From Kiritimatiellia bacterium (GTDB taxonomy: Bacteria > Verrucomicrobiota > Kiritimatiellia > CAIQIC01 > Lenti-01), in assembly GCA_017458625.1 (NCBI GenBank), contig JAFTAH010000144.1, positions 3,106 through 67,105 on the forward strand: a stretch of 64,000 nucleotides of DNA, in the 5' to 3' direction. A model generated the notes under the pieces. The model was not told the origin of the DNA, made no database searches, and saw only the letters and a list, made by a program, of their open reading frames with translations. The position numbers and the translations under genes are program-made. The stretch's first letter is position 1; each line of letters begins with the position of its first letter. Of this stretch, positions 10,066 through 20,698 are shown piece after piece.

Positions 10066-13000
10066 CTATTCGCCGGCGATGAAGAAGGTAGACTTGTCGC
10101 CGAACAGGATGATGATCTGTTCGCCATCGATTTCGTAGTCCGTGCCTTCCTCAAGCACATTCCAGTCCTTGAAGTCGCCGGTCGCGGGGAGAGCTTCGGT
10201 GCCGTAGAGGGTGACGCCCTCGAGATCAGCGGCGGCGAAGGCGAGGCCCTTGCCCTTGATGACGGTGAACGGCGGGAAGGAGAAGGGCGTTTCCGGATTG
10301 TCGAGGGTGATGTTGATGCCCCAGCCGCTGAGTTCCGTGTCCTCCGCCAGGAGGGAAATGCGGGAAGAACCTTCGCCAGCCACCGTGACATAGAACTCGG
10401 TCGTGCCGTCCGTCGGGGTCAAGGTGTCGGCAGGAACCGTCAGAACGCTTGGATCGCTGCTGGACAGCGTGAAGGTCTGGTTCAGGTAGTTGGCAGAAGC
10501 GTAGAGCTTCATCAAGACCTGTCCGCCGACGGGCAACGTGTAGTCGGAGGGCTCGCCTTCTGCCCCGGGCTTCAGGTCAAAGTAGGGCTTCTTGATGTAG
10601 GCGGTGAAGGTGGCATCGGTGGCCCCGCCTTCGGCGGCGGAAGCCGTGATGGTGAAGGAGAGATCGCCATCCTCGGCAGGGGCGACGGCGGTCACCACGA
10701 AGTTCTGTTCGCGCGGGTCGTTGGCCTCATACGTGAGGGAGCGGACGCCCAAGGTGCCGTTGTCGTTGTCGATGTTCAGATTGACCGTGCCGGCGAAGCC
10801 TTCGGGGGCGGTCAGCGTGTAGTCGACATCGCCGGCCTCCCAGATTTCCCACGGGCCGCTGATGGAGAAAGACCCCTGCTTGATGTAGGCGGTGAAGGTG
10901 CCGTCGGAGACCACGCCAGCGGCATCGGAAGCCGTGATGGTGTAGGAAAGTTCGCCTTCCTCGGGGGGGGCGACCGCAGTCACCACGAAAGGCTGTTCGC
11001 GCGGCGTGTCGGCTTCATAGGTAATGGAGCGGAGGTTCAAGGTGCCGTTGTTGTTGTCGAGGTTCAGGTTGACCGTGCCAACGAAGCCTTCGGGGGCAGT
11101 CAGCGTGTAGTCGACATCGCCTGCCGCCCAGATTTCCCAAGGGCCGCTGATGGAGAAGGACTGCACGGGCTGGGTGGTTTGCTCGACGGCGAGCTTGTTG
11201 AAGATGAAGTTCGCACCGCTGTCGTAGGCACCAATCAGGATGCCCTGGATACCATCGCCCCAGGAAGCGACATTGACATCGACAACGTGCTGGTAGATGT
11301 CGGAAACGAATTCCGAACCCTCGTTATATCCGGAAAGCGAGAGGTCGTAAGCGGAGCCGTCGGCCTCGAACTCGATGGAAGCGACGACGCGGCGGATGCC
11401 GTTTTCCCAGTTGATGGCAGATTCAACACCGTCGATATTGATGCCGATGGCACCGCCGGAGTTCCAGATTTCGAAGCGGTTGTAGAGGGTGCCTTCCCAA
11501 ATGCGTCCGAACTGGACGTAGCGGGAACCACTGGCGTCGGACGCGACGAACTCAATGGAGACCTTCTGGCCGGGCTTGAGGCTGGAGGGCAGGAGGGAGT
11601 CGCCTTCCGTGGCGAAGGGACGGAGGACGGAGTAATCGGGATTGCTTCCGTTGGCATAAAGGGCGATGGCCGCGCCGCCGGAGAGGATGGCCGGGAAGCC
11701 GCCATCATCGGAATTGATGACGACACCGCCGTATTGGGCGCTATCCTTGACCACGGACCACTCGGAGAATCCTTCGGAGCCGGCACCGGTGGAGTCGTAG
11801 TCGAAGCCGTCTTCGTAGAGGGAGGCGTCGTCGTAGGCGATGTAGGAGGAGTAGTCGGGTTCCTTGGTGATGGTGACCTCGATGGAGGCGGAGTGGCCAT
11901 TGAGGTCTTCGACCGTGATGGTGACGGTGCCTTCCGTGTCGCCGGCCGAGAAGACAATCGGATATTCGGTGGCCTCGGGGGACAACGTGATGCTCGTCTC
12001 GTCGAGCTCGCCGAGCGAATCGTCGGAGAGGGTGACGGTTACAGCCGTTTCCTCGCCGAACAGGTATTCAATGGTATAGGTGTTGTCGGAGCCCGTGTAG
12101 ACGGAGGTGGGGCCGGAAATGGCGTTGATGTCGTAGCCCACGACGGTGAATTCCTTGGATAGGACGGAGACGCCGTCGTAGACGACGGAGACGACGGTGG
12201 TGCCGGCGGCGTTGCCGGACAGGGCGAACTCGGTGTAGAAGCCGCCGTCATCCGCATCGCCCCATCCGAGGGAGGCCGGGAGCTCGACAACGCCTTCGGG
12301 GTCGGCGACCAGGGAAATCTTGGTGGTGTCGGCGATGACGCCGGTGGCCGTGCGGGCGTTGGCCCAGCATGTCAGTGTGTCGCCCACCATGAACGAGGTG
12401 GCATCGTCCTGCGTGGTGAAGGAGAACGCGGGACCGCTGAAGTTGTATTCGGCGGCAGCATACCCTTCTGCCGAGGCTGTGAGGGTGGCGAAGTTGGCGC
12501 TGCCCGAAATCGTGCCCGTGACCTGGATGCCGCTGACGGTGTCCTCGCCATCGGCGAACGTCACCGAGGCAGACGAGGCGTTGAGGAAGCTGGTGTCGGA
12601 GGATTCGATGCTGACGGTCAACTCGCCTTCGGCATCGTTGCGGGTGAGAGAGAATTCCTGGAGGACCGTAGCCTCGTTGATTTTCCAGGCCTCGTCCGTC
12701 GGCGCCACCCACGTCAGGGACTTCCCAATCACCGTGAACTGCTTCGTGATGACCTTGGCGCCATCGTATACCAGCGAGACGTCCGCGGTGCCGCCGGCAA
12801 GCCCTTCCACCTCGAAAGGCGTGTAGAAACCGCCCTGTTCCTCATCTGCATTCCATTCCAGCGTTTCCGGCACGGACACAACGTCGCCTTCCTGCTCCAC
12901 CAGCAGCGAAATCTTGTTTGTGTCCGCGATGAAGCCGGAATCGGCCTTGGCGTTTGCCCAGCACTGTAGCGTGGCCCCCTTGTTCAGCGTCGTCGAGTCC

Positions 13001-14112
13001 TCGGCCGTCGTGAAGGTGAAGACGGGGCCTTTGAAGTCGTAGCTGGCGGGTTCATAGCCCTCGGCGGAAACGGTCATGGTGCCGACATTGGCATTGCCCG
13101 AGACCCCGGCGATGACTTGGACGTTGGTGCAGTCGGCCTGTCCATCGGCGAAGCTCGCCCAGAACTGCCCCGAAACGAACTGGGCATCCGAGTACTCGAT
13201 CGAGGCTTCCAGCTCGCCGTCGGAGTTGCTGCGGGTGATGGTGAAATACATGATCTTTTCCTTTTCATTGACGATCCACGCGTTCTCGGGCGGCGTAATC
13301 GTGAAGGTCCGGAGTTCGGGAAGCTCCTGCACAAGCTCAAGCTTGAAGTTGTCGAAGTAGGTCTGGCGGCGGTCGGCCCACATTTCGGGAGTTTCCCCTT
13401 GTTTTTCGGCTTCCTCCTTGTCTTCGACGTGGTTCTGGCGGGCGGACTGGAGGCGGATGCGGTCGATGGCGGAGGTGGAGACGGTCTTGTTGGTGGAGAA
13501 GACGGTCTTGGAGCCGTCGCGCGGGGTGGCGGTGATGGCGAGGGTGGTGTCATCCACGGCGGTGAAGGTCCAGGTCATGGGGTACTGGCCGAAGGCGTTG
13601 AGGATGTCGTGGCCGACGTCACCGTTGAGGGCGATGTTGCCGGGGTTGGAGCGGTGGTCGACGACGATGACGTCCGTGTCGCCCGCGCCGAGGACGAACC
13701 CCTTGAGGGCGTCTGTGCCGGAGTTGGGATCCCAAAAGACGGCCATGTCGAAGGAGAAGGAATCGCCCGCGGCGAGGGGGGCGCGGAAGCGGCGGACGGC
13801 GTTGACGCCGTAGCTGGGGCCCTTGCCGATGATGCCGAAGGCCTTGGCCTTGCCTTCCCAAGTGCCCAGGAAGCCGTTGGCGGAGGGGTTCCAGACGCCG
13901 AAGCCGGCCCAGCCGTCGCCTTCGCCGTGCTTTTCGATTTCCCACGGGAGGAACCCGGAGCCGTTGTTCACACCCGAATCGAGCTGGGTGACGTATTCTT
14001 CGTAGTTGTCGGACGAATCGGTGTAGGTGGCGGCGAAGGAAGAGGCCGTCGTCAGGACCATGGCAATGGCGAGGGCCAGGATGGATTTGAGTTTCATGTG
14101 GAATCCTTTCAT
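10066..14112 (-). CDS. giant secreted repeat-containing cell-surface protein (1348 aa)
   Basis: Signal peptide MKLKSILALAIAMVLTTASSFA. Internal duplicated ~150-aa modules (e.g. FSISGPWEIW.AGDVDYTLTAPEGF.GTVNLN.DN.NGTL occurs twice). No catalytic motif recognised. Confidence 0.8.
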   Translation of the reverse strand: MKGFHMKLKSILALAIAMVLTTASSFAATYTDSSDNYEEYVTQLDSGVNNGSGFLPWEIEKHGEGDGWAGFGVWNPSANGFLGTWEGKAKAFGIIGKGPSYGVNAVRRFRAPLAAGDSFSFDMAVFWDPNSGTDALKGFVLGAGDTDVIVVDHRSNPGNIALNGDVGHDILNAFGQYPMTWTFTAVDDTTLAITATPRDGSKTVFSTNKTVSTSAIDRIRLQSARQNHVEDKEEAEKQGETPEMWADRRQTYFDNFKLELVQELPELRTFTITPPENAWIVNEKEKIMYFTITRSNSDGELEASIEYSDAQFVSGQFWASFADGQADCTNVQVIAGVSGNANVGTMTVSAEGYEPASYDFKGPVFTFTTAEDSTTLNKGATLQCWANAKADSGFIADTNKISLLVEQEGDVVSVPETLEWNADEEQGGFYTPFEVEGLAGGTADVSLVYDGAKVITKQFTVIGKSLTWVAPTDEAWKINEATVLQEFSLTRNDAEGELTVSIESSDTSFLNASSASVTFADGEDTVSGIQVTGTISGSANFATLTASAEGYAAAEYNFSGPAFSFTTQDDATSFMVGDTLTCWANARTATGVIADTTKISLVADPEGVVELPASLGWGDADDGGFYTEFALSGNAAGTTVVSVVYDGVSVLSKEFTVVGYDINAISGPTSVYTGSDNTYTIEYLFGEETAVTVTLSDDSLGELDETSITLSPEATEYPIVFSAGDTEGTVTITVEDLNGHSASIEVTITKEPDYSSYIAYDDASLYEDGFDYDSTGAGSEGFSEWSVVKDSAQYGGVVINSDDGGFPAILSGGAAIALYANGSNPDYSVLRPFATEGDSLLPSSLKPGQKVSIEFVASDASGSRYVQFGRIWEGTLYNRFEIWNSGGAIGINIDGVESAINWENGIRRVVASIEFEADGSAYDLSLSGYNEGSEFVSDIYQHVVDVNVASWGDGIQGILIGAYDSGANFIFNKLAVEQTTQPVQSFSISGPWEIWAAGDVDYTLTAPEGFVGTVNLNLDNNNGTLNLRSITYEADTPREQPFVVTAVAPPEEGELSYTITASDAAGVVSDGTFTAYIKQGSFSISGPWEIWEAGDVDYTLTAPEGFAGTVNLNIDNDNGTLGVRSLTYEANDPREQNFVVTAVAPAEDGDLSFTITASAAEGGATDATFTAYIKKPYFDLKPGAEGEPSDYTLPVGGQVLMKLYASANYLNQTFTLSSSDPSVLTVPADTLTPTDGTTEFYVTVAGEGSSRISLLAEDTELSGWGINITLDNPETPFSFPPFTVIKGKGLAFAAADLEGVTLYGTEALPATGDFKDWNVLEEGTDYEIDGEQIIILFGDKSTFFIAGE

Positions 14113-14782
14113 GAAGGAGGCTGATGGGGCGGGAGGTGCAGCCTAACATCTCCAAACATCTGGAACCCTACTCCTAAAGCCTGGCGCGGGGAAGCAAAAA
14201 ATCGAGCGGAGGAAAAAAACGCACGTGCCGTCCAGCTGGACCGCCAGCGTCCGCGGAACTCTCCGTCCGCCTTCGGGCACCGCCCGCTGTTTCGCCATGT
14301 ATTCCCGCTGGTCCCACGCCGGAGTCTCCCACGCCGGAGTCTCCTGCGCCGCAAGCGCCTCCACGCCCCGCGCAAGTGTCTCGGACCGCATCTTCGAGAC
14401 CGATACCTCCCCCAGTCCCAGCCAGGAGAGCGTGTCGCGGGCCTCCCGGAACGCCCCGAGCAGGGCTCCCAGCCGCCAGACCGTTCCCGACGCCGCTCGC
14501 GTCATCTTCCGTCTCGGCAGGCGCAGGACGTGCCTCCACCCAATCCATGCCGGGCAAAGAAGAGATCGACGTAAAAAGGGGGGGGGAAGGCAGGGCCTTT
14601 TTCCCGTTTCCCGCGAGTTGCCGGCCTTGGGCGCGAGTAAAACGCTTGACCCGCGCCAGGGGTTTTCCGCTTCCCCTCCCCAGGACTTTGTGGTGTACTC
14701 GGGTGCGAAAGGCTGTGTCGCATCCCGGGACCGGCGAACCCGGCGGCGCGCCCCCAAAAAACCACGGAAAGGCATTGAAAAC

Positions 14783-17700
14783 ATGAAAAAATGGTTGGTC
14801 GGATTGTTGGCGGCGGGCTTGTGCGCGGCCAGTGCATGGGCTGATGGCGCGGCAACTTTGCCGTTCTCGTACAGCGGACCGTGGCAGAACGCGACGGTGG
14901 ATGGCATGACGGTCTCGGGCCTCGACAAAGATTATGCCGACGGTTCGGCCAAGTTCAATTCGGCGGCCGACTCCATCATCATCCATTTCACTGGGACGCC
15001 CGGCGACCTCAGCTACGGCATCAAGGGCAACAGCCAGACCACGACGGACATTTCCACGTTCAAGGTTCTGGAGTCCGCCGATGGCGTGGACTACACGCCC
15101 GTTGCCACTTATTCGTCGGATTCCAATTTGACGAACACCCGACAGGATGTAACCAACGCCCTTTCGGCTACTTCGCAGTACGTCCAGTTCTTGTATGACA
15201 ACAAGGCCAAGGGCAATGTTGGCATTTACGATGTCGTCATTACCTCCGGTGGTCCGGCGGAGTTTTCCGTGACTTTCGACAAGGAAAACTGGTTTACCAA
15301 TGTGTTGGGGCAGGCCAACACCATCACGGCCATTCCCGCGAACGGCATTGAGCCTTACACGTTCCTTTGGGAAAGCGACACGCCGGAGCTGGACGGCGGC
15401 ACGACCGACACCCTCGAAATCCCGGCCACCTTGGCCGAAGGCGACTACACCGTGGCCTGCCTGGTCACCGAGGACAATGGCGAAGGCGATGCCATCAACG
15501 CCCTCATCGGCTTCCACGTCGAGGCCATTCCGGTCATCACCGGCGGCAGCGCGACCTACACGGTCGTGAGCAAGACCTCAGTGGAGGCTTCGGGCGATGT
15601 GCCGACGGGATCCACGGCCGTGTATGCGGCGGATTCCACCCAGATCGCACAGATTTCCTCGAACAAAACGGCGGTTTTGACCTTGAAGGGCTACGAAGGG
15701 ATGACCATCACCGGCCTGAAACTGAGCATGAAGTCGAACAAGAACGCCGGTTCCGGCAGCCTGAGAGTCACCTGTGGCGATGCGCTTCTCGCGAGCATTG
15801 AGGATTCCTCCTTCGACACGGGTTGGTCCACGGCGTTCAGCACGAACTACGTGGATGTCGTGCCGGAAGTGACGGCGACGACGATTGACGACGACGTGGT
15901 CATTACCATCGCCGGAAGCGTCAACTCGCTGTACTGCCAGTCCTACACGGTCCAGTTCGAAGCCGGCGAACCCGGTCTGGGCGTCACCTTCGACAAGGCC
16001 AACGGCTTCACCGTCGATCTCGGCACGACCAACAGCATCACGGCGACCGCGAAGAACGGCGTCGAGCCGTACACCTACGCGTGGACGAGCGACACCCCCG
16101 ACCTGAACGGCACCGGCGAAACCCTCGCCATCCCGGCCACGCTCGCCGAAGGCGACTACACCGTCCAGGTCGAAGTCACCGACGCCGAATCCAACAAGGC
16201 CAACAAGCAGATCTACTTCTCCGTCGTCGCCCCGGCGGTGAAATACGACGTCATTCCCACCGTCGGCGGGAACGGCGTCATCGTGGCCTCTCCTGAGCAG
16301 GCTGCCGAAGGCGATGACGTCTCCTTGGTCGCCACCGCGAACAGCGGCTACAAGTTCGTGTCCATGACCGTCATCGGCAAGGACTCTGAGACGCGCTACG
16401 AGACGTTCACGACGGCGACGGCAACGTTCAAGATGCCCGCCGAAGACGTCTACGTGGGCGCGACGTTCGAGGAAGTCACGGGAGAGACCTACACGCTGGT
16501 CGAGAGCGAGACCGACTTCGACGCAGGGGCGGATTACCTCATTGTGGCCCGCCACAAGGACGGTATCTATACCAGTGCATTGAAAAACGAAACCAATGGC
16601 ACTCGCATCGCTTTGGCGGAAGTGTCCTTGAACGAAGACAACAAGAGCATCACCACCGATTCCGATGCCATTGTCTGGACTATCGCGTCTGGCGCGGAGG
16701 ATGGCCAATACACGCTCTACAACGCGGCGGCAAATGTGTACGCGGCGGCACCCTCCAGCGATGGGAACAATGCCCAGCTGGTGTCAGACGGAACGAGTGC
16801 CTTGGCGCAATGGACACTGGTGTGGACGAATTTGCCGAAAGTCGAAATCCACAGTGTTTCCTATCCCGCCCGTTATTTGCAACGCAACAGCGCTTCCAAC
16901 ACGCTCTATTTCGCCGCTTATGCTTCAGGACAGGCGGCCCCCAGCCTCTACAAAAAGGCTGGTGCTTCCGTTCCCACTGTGAAGTACACGGGCGACACGA
17001 CCGTGACGCTGCCGGACGGCGAGTTCTCCATCCAGTTCTCGCTGAAGGGCTACGAAGGCGAATATACGTGGGTAAAGGATGGACGCGAAGGCGGCAGCAT
17101 CGATGAGACCACCGGGCTGTACACGTGGAAGCCGACCGAGGCGGCCGACGAAATCAACATTACGGTCAGCGCCATGGACGGCGAAACTATCATCGCTTCC
17201 ACCGATGTCACGCTCACGGTCAAGGCAGCGCCGCAGTCGTATACGGTGGAAGTGGCCGACGGCATCGTGAACGGAACCGTCGAAATCAGCGTCGGTGGCG
17301 AAATCGTCGCCAGTCCGGCGGCCGTGCCCGAAGGGACGACGGTCACGCTGTTCCCCGTGCCCGTCAACCGCTCGTACAAACTCGGCAGTATTTCCGTGAA
17401 GACCGATGGCGGCCAGGATGTCGAACTGGACGCCCATTACTCGTTCACGATGCCTTCCGACAATGTCACGGTGTATGCGCAGTTCGTGGAGAACGTCATC
17501 ACCGCCTACACGCGCATCAGCTCGCTGGATGACCTGGCGCCGGGCAAGTACTTGCTGGTAGCGGATGGCTTCGACCAAGCCATGTCCTCGGATCTGGGCA
17601 CGGCGAGCACCAAGCGCTGGCAGGCCGTGGACGTTACCATCGCCACGGTTGATGACGTGACGACGGCTGAATTCGATGACGACGCGGTGGTCTGGACGCT

Positions 17701-19684
17701 TGCCCAGGATGGCGACAACTGGACGCTCTATAACGAGGAAGCGTCGAAGTATGCGGCTGCCGCAACGAGTGCCGGCAACTCCGGAACCATGGTTGCCGAG
17801 GTGACGGATTATGCTCGCTGGACGATCTCCTGCACCGATGGCATTTTCAAGTTTGCCAGCGTTGGCCAGTCCGGTCGTTACATCCAGCGCAACAGCAGCG
17901 CTGACTACGCGTTTTTCGCCACCTATACTGGTTCTGCCAAGAACATCCGTCTGTTCCAGGGCGAAAAGAGTGGCCCCGTGGCCCCCTCCGTCTCCGGCAC
18001 GGTTCCCTCCTCGGCCAACATCCACGAGGAAATTTCCGTGATCTTCGAGCTGAAGAACGGGACGGCGACGGGTTGGACGGCTTCGCTGGGCGAGATTGAC
18101 TCGACCGGGGCGTGGTCCTGGACGCCGACGGAGGCAAAGGCATATACGCTGACGGTGACCGCCACCTATGACGGCGGCTCGGCGACCAAGGATTACCCCA
18201 TCGAGGTCGTGGATCCTTCCTCGTTCGACCAGTACACGCTCGTCACTTCCGTCGATGAACTCGAGGACGGCCAGTATCTGGTCGTCGGCACCAAGGACGA
18301 TACGGCCTATGCCATGACCGCTGGCTTGAGCAAGAACGTGCTGCCGGGCACCGTGGTGACCATCTCCCAGGATGCCGAAGTCGAGTATATCCTGAACAAT
18401 AATGCCTCCTTGGCCTGGACCGTCAGCGTTGATGACGAGACCGGCTTCATGTCCTTCTACAATGCGACCGACAAATACATCGGTTACAATTCCGACAAGA
18501 ATGCGAACGAGCTTTACTCGTTCGAAGAGGCTTCGGAGGCCACCAGCTGGGCGGCGGCCAAGGACGAGGAAACAGGTCTGTTCCAGCTGACTTGCGGCGT
18601 GCACGACAAGGATGACGCAGTGCGTAACCTCCAGTTCAACTACAACAGCGGCAGTGTTCGGTTCGCTGGCTACAAGGGTACGCAGCAGGATGTCAAGCTG
18701 TTCAAGCTGGGCTCCTCCTCCCCCGCCATCAGCGGACCGAGCAGCATTGAAGGCTATGTTGGCGACGAGCTGACGGGAACCTTCTTCGTTCGCAATCTGG
18801 GCGAGCTGACGGTGGTTGCCTGGAGCGCCGACCAGGGCGAGATTGCTGATGGCGTCTGGACGCTGGCCGATGCGACGGAGGGAAGCTTCACGCTGGTGGT
18901 CACGGCCACGTTGTCGGATGGTACGCCCCTGACGAAATCCGTGGAGGTCACGGTGAGCCAGGCCCCGGTGGCGTACGCCATCACGGTGAATGCCGTGGGT
19001 TGCACGGTGGATGCGCCGGCGACGGCGTATGCGGGGGACACCGTGAATCTGACGGTGACGCCGGCGGCGAACTACGAGCTGAAGGACATCACGGTGAACG
19101 GCGTGTCGCAAGGCACGACGACGAGCTTCGTGATGCCGGCCCAGGATACGACGGTGACCGTGACGTGCGAGGCGCTTCCCGGCGTTCCCACCCTGACCTG
19201 CACGGAAGGCACGAGCCTGACCGCGAAGGTGAACCAGGCGCTGGTGCTGCACTTCACGCTGGCGAACGCCGAGTTCTACACGGACGAAGGGCCGGATGGT
19301 TTCCTGGACGATGGCAATGACGATGAGGATGGAGCCTTCTCTGACTTCACCGCGACCTCGTTCACCTGGACGTGGACGCCGACGGCAACCGGTTCCTATG
19401 ACTTCCACTTCAATGCGGTTGATGGGGACTACGAGTTCATTGTCGAAGACTATCCTCTGACCGTGGAGGTGTCGGAAGGTGGCGGCGAAGCTGGGGAAGT
19501 TGCCTTCGTCAGCATGCAGAAGATCGATGGCGTCTGGACGTTCACGCTGAGCGATGGGACGACGCGGACGGCTGATTCGGCGGACATCTGGTACTCGACG
19601 GACCTCGTCACCTGGATTCAGAACACGAGCGACACGACGGCCGACCTGACGGCCCCGGCCATCTACCTCAAGGTGGCGCCGTAG
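14783..19684 (+). CDS. giant secreted repeat-containing cell-surface protein (~1630 aa)
   Basis: Signal MKKWLVGLLAAGLCAASAWA at the internal ATG 14783. The six-frame ORF begins at 14225, but the N-terminal 185 aa are low-complexity and non-protein-like. Repeated modules include VTFDK.N.FT..LG..N.ITA....G.EPYT..W.SDTP.L.G, and YT.V.S..D...G.Y....T...A.... occurs 3 times. Confidence 0.8.
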   Translation: MKKWLVGLLAAGLCAASAWADGAATLPFSYSGPWQNATVDGMTVSGLDKDYADGSAKFNSAADSIIIHFTGTPGDLSYGIKGNSQTTTDISTFKVLESADGVDYTPVATYSSDSNLTNTRQDVTNALSATSQYVQFLYDNKAKGNVGIYDVVITSGGPAEFSVTFDKENWFTNVLGQANTITAIPANGIEPYTFLWESDTPELDGGTTDTLEIPATLAEGDYTVACLVTEDNGEGDAINALIGFHVEAIPVITGGSATYTVVSKTSVEASGDVPTGSTAVYAADSTQIAQISSNKTAVLTLKGYEGMTITGLKLSMKSNKNAGSGSLRVTCGDALLASIEDSSFDTGWSTAFSTNYVDVVPEVTATTIDDDVVITIAGSVNSLYCQSYTVQFEAGEPGLGVTFDKANGFTVDLGTTNSITATAKNGVEPYTYAWTSDTPDLNGTGETLAIPATLAEGDYTVQVEVTDAESNKANKQIYFSVVAPAVKYDVIPTVGGNGVIVASPEQAAEGDDVSLVATANSGYKFVSMTVIGKDSETRYETFTTATATFKMPAEDVYVGATFEEVTGETYTLVESETDFDAGADYLIVARHKDGIYTSALKNETNGTRIALAEVSLNEDNKSITTDSDAIVWTIASGAEDGQYTLYNAAANVYAAAPSSDGNNAQLVSDGTSALAQWTLVWTNLPKVEIHSVSYPARYLQRNSASNTLYFAAYASGQAAPSLYKKAGASVPTVKYTGDTTVTLPDGEFSIQFSLKGYEGEYTWVKDGREGGSIDETTGLYTWKPTEAADEINITVSAMDGETIIASTDVTLTVKAAPQSYTVEVADGIVNGTVEISVGGEIVASPAAVPEGTTVTLFPVPVNRSYKLGSISVKTDGGQDVELDAHYSFTMPSDNVTVYAQFVENVITAYTRISSLDDLAPGKYLLVADGFDQAMSSDLGTASTKRWQAVDVTIATVDDVTTAEFDDDAVVWTLAQDGDNWTLYNEEASKYAAAATSAGNSGTMVAEVTDYARWTISCTDGIFKFASVGQSGRYIQRNSSADYAFFATYTGSAKNIRLFQGEKSGPVAPSVSGTVPSSANIHEEISVIFELKNGTATGWTASLGEIDSTGAWSWTPTEAKAYTLTVTATYDGGSATKDYPIEVVDPSSFDQYTLVTSVDELEDGQYLVVGTKDDTAYAMTAGLSKNVLPGTVVTISQDAEVEYILNNNASLAWTVSVDDETGFMSFYNATDKYIGYNSDKNANELYSFEEASEATSWAAAKDEETGLFQLTCGVHDKDDAVRNLQFNYNSGSVRFAGYKGTQQDVKLFKLGSSSPAISGPSSIEGYVGDELTGTFFVRNLGELTVVAWSADQGEIADGVWTLADATEGSFTLVVTATLSDGTPLTKSVEVTVSQAPVAYAITVNAVGCTVDAPATAYAGDTVNLTVTPAANYELKDITVNGVSQGTTTSFVMPAQDTTVTVTCEALPGVPTLTCTEGTSLTAKVNQALVLHFTLANAEFYTDEGPDGFLDDGNDDEDGAFSDFTATSFTWTWTPTATGSYDFHFNAVDGDYEFIVEDYPLTVEVSEGGGEAGEVAFVSMQKIDGVWTFTLSDGTTRTADSADIWYSTDLVTWIQNTSDTTADLTAPAIYLKVAP

Positions 19685-19717
19685 GGCTGCCCCAAAGGCG
19701 CCCACTGGCGCTTGCCG

Positions 19718-19750
19718 CCCGGCCTCGAGCAAAAGAGGCCGGGCGTTTTT
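19718..19750 (+). terminator. rho-independent terminator
   Basis: CCCGGCCTC-gagcaaaa-GAGGCCGGG is followed by a T5 run, 34 bp after the stop at 19684. Confidence 0.65.
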
Positions 19751-19777
19751 CGTGGGGAAGGGGGGCAAAGAAAGGGG

Positions 19778-19826
19778 CTAGATTGCTAGATATCTAGAAT
19801 TTCTAGGTTCCTAGGATTCTAGAATT
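19778..19826. promoter_or_regulatory. CTAG-dense palindromic operator-like cluster (6 CTAG in 49 bp; CTAGATATCTAG perfect palindrome; CCTAGGATTCTAGAA)
   Basis: Direct reading. It lies ~110-150 bp upstream of the OMP gene start. The same 15-mer recurs at 52062 and 52214. Confidence 0.4.
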
Positions 19827-19933
19827 TTGGAGGCTGGGGGGAGGGTGTTTTCTGGGGGGGGGACGTTTTTCGTCCTTGCAATGGGGGGCGGGGGACGGCA
19901 TGATTGCGGCGTCTCAGAGAAGAAAGGACCTCC

Positions 19934-20470
19934 ATGAAAAAACTGTTGATTGCCAGTGCCCTTGTGTTCGCCATTGCCCTGCCTGCCATGGCCGATGCGT
20001 TGATTTCGCAAGGCTCGAATGAACTTGGCGTTTCGGGCTTCGTCGATCCGATGACGGAGGCGGGGACGAGGATTGACTTTGATCTGCGGTATGCGTACTT
20101 CTTCTGGGATCGGATTTCCCTGGGCATGGTGGGTGGTTTCGGGGATGACGACCGGGTGACGAACGTCCGGCTGGGGGTCACTGGCGAATACAACTTCGAC
20201 ATCTCGGACGACTATCGGCCGATCATTGGCACGGACTTTGTGCCGTATGTGGGTGTGGCGCTGTGCTATCAGCACGCGGACCTGATGGGCGACAAGGCCG
20301 GGGCCGGGGTGTTCACCACGGAAGGCGGCATGAAGTTCTTCCTGTCCGACACGGCGGCGGTCACCACGTCGGTGCTGGGGTCGATGGCCACGGATGATGT
20401 CTATGCCGACAAGCACGACACGACGTGGTGGGATATCGCCATCCGCGTGGGGATGCGGTTCTACTTCTAG
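19934..20470 (+). CDS. small outer-membrane beta-barrel protein (OmpA-like, OmpW/porin family)
   Basis: Signal MKKLLIASALVFAIALPAMA. Alternating hydrophobic beta-strand pattern. C-terminal RFYF with a terminal Phe, typical of OMPs. Confidence 0.75.
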   Translation: MKKLLIASALVFAIALPAMADALISQGSNELGVSGFVDPMTEAGTRIDFDLRYAYFFWDRISLGMVGGFGDDDRVTNVRLGVTGEYNFDISDDYRPIIGTDFVPYVGVALCYQHADLMGDKAGAGVFTTEGGMKFFLSDTAAVTTSVLGSMATDDVYADKHDTTWWDIAIRVGMRFYF

Positions 20471-20530
20471 TCGTGGACACAGGACCGGGGTGCGCAGCAC
20501 GCTGCGGCCCCGGCGGGGGAGGGAGGCATT

Positions 20531-20563
20531 GCACCGGCCCGAGACGGCCGGTGCGCTTTTTTT
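20531..20563 (+). terminator. rho-independent terminator
   Basis: GCACCGGCC-cgagac-GGCCGGTGC is followed by T7. Confidence 0.65.
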
Positions 20564-20698
20564 GTCCGCGGCCGGGGTGGGGGCGGTGGTGGATGGCGCG
20601 GAAAAGTTGGGCGGAGGCAGAAAAGGGGGTGGACTTTTGGCGGCGTTTTGGGAGAATGACGGGCACGGCACGGCCGAGCACGGCTGGCCGGGAAAGGC

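Noticed and set aside
14225-14782. Upstream 185 codons of ORF 14225-19684, and likewise the upstream parts of ORFs 43235-49456, 56476-59208, 62120-62617 and 28573-29022
   Set aside because: Translations upstream of the chosen internal ATGs are low-complexity and basic, and do not resemble protein. Signal peptides or conserved N-termini begin at the internal ATGs, so shorter gene models were used.
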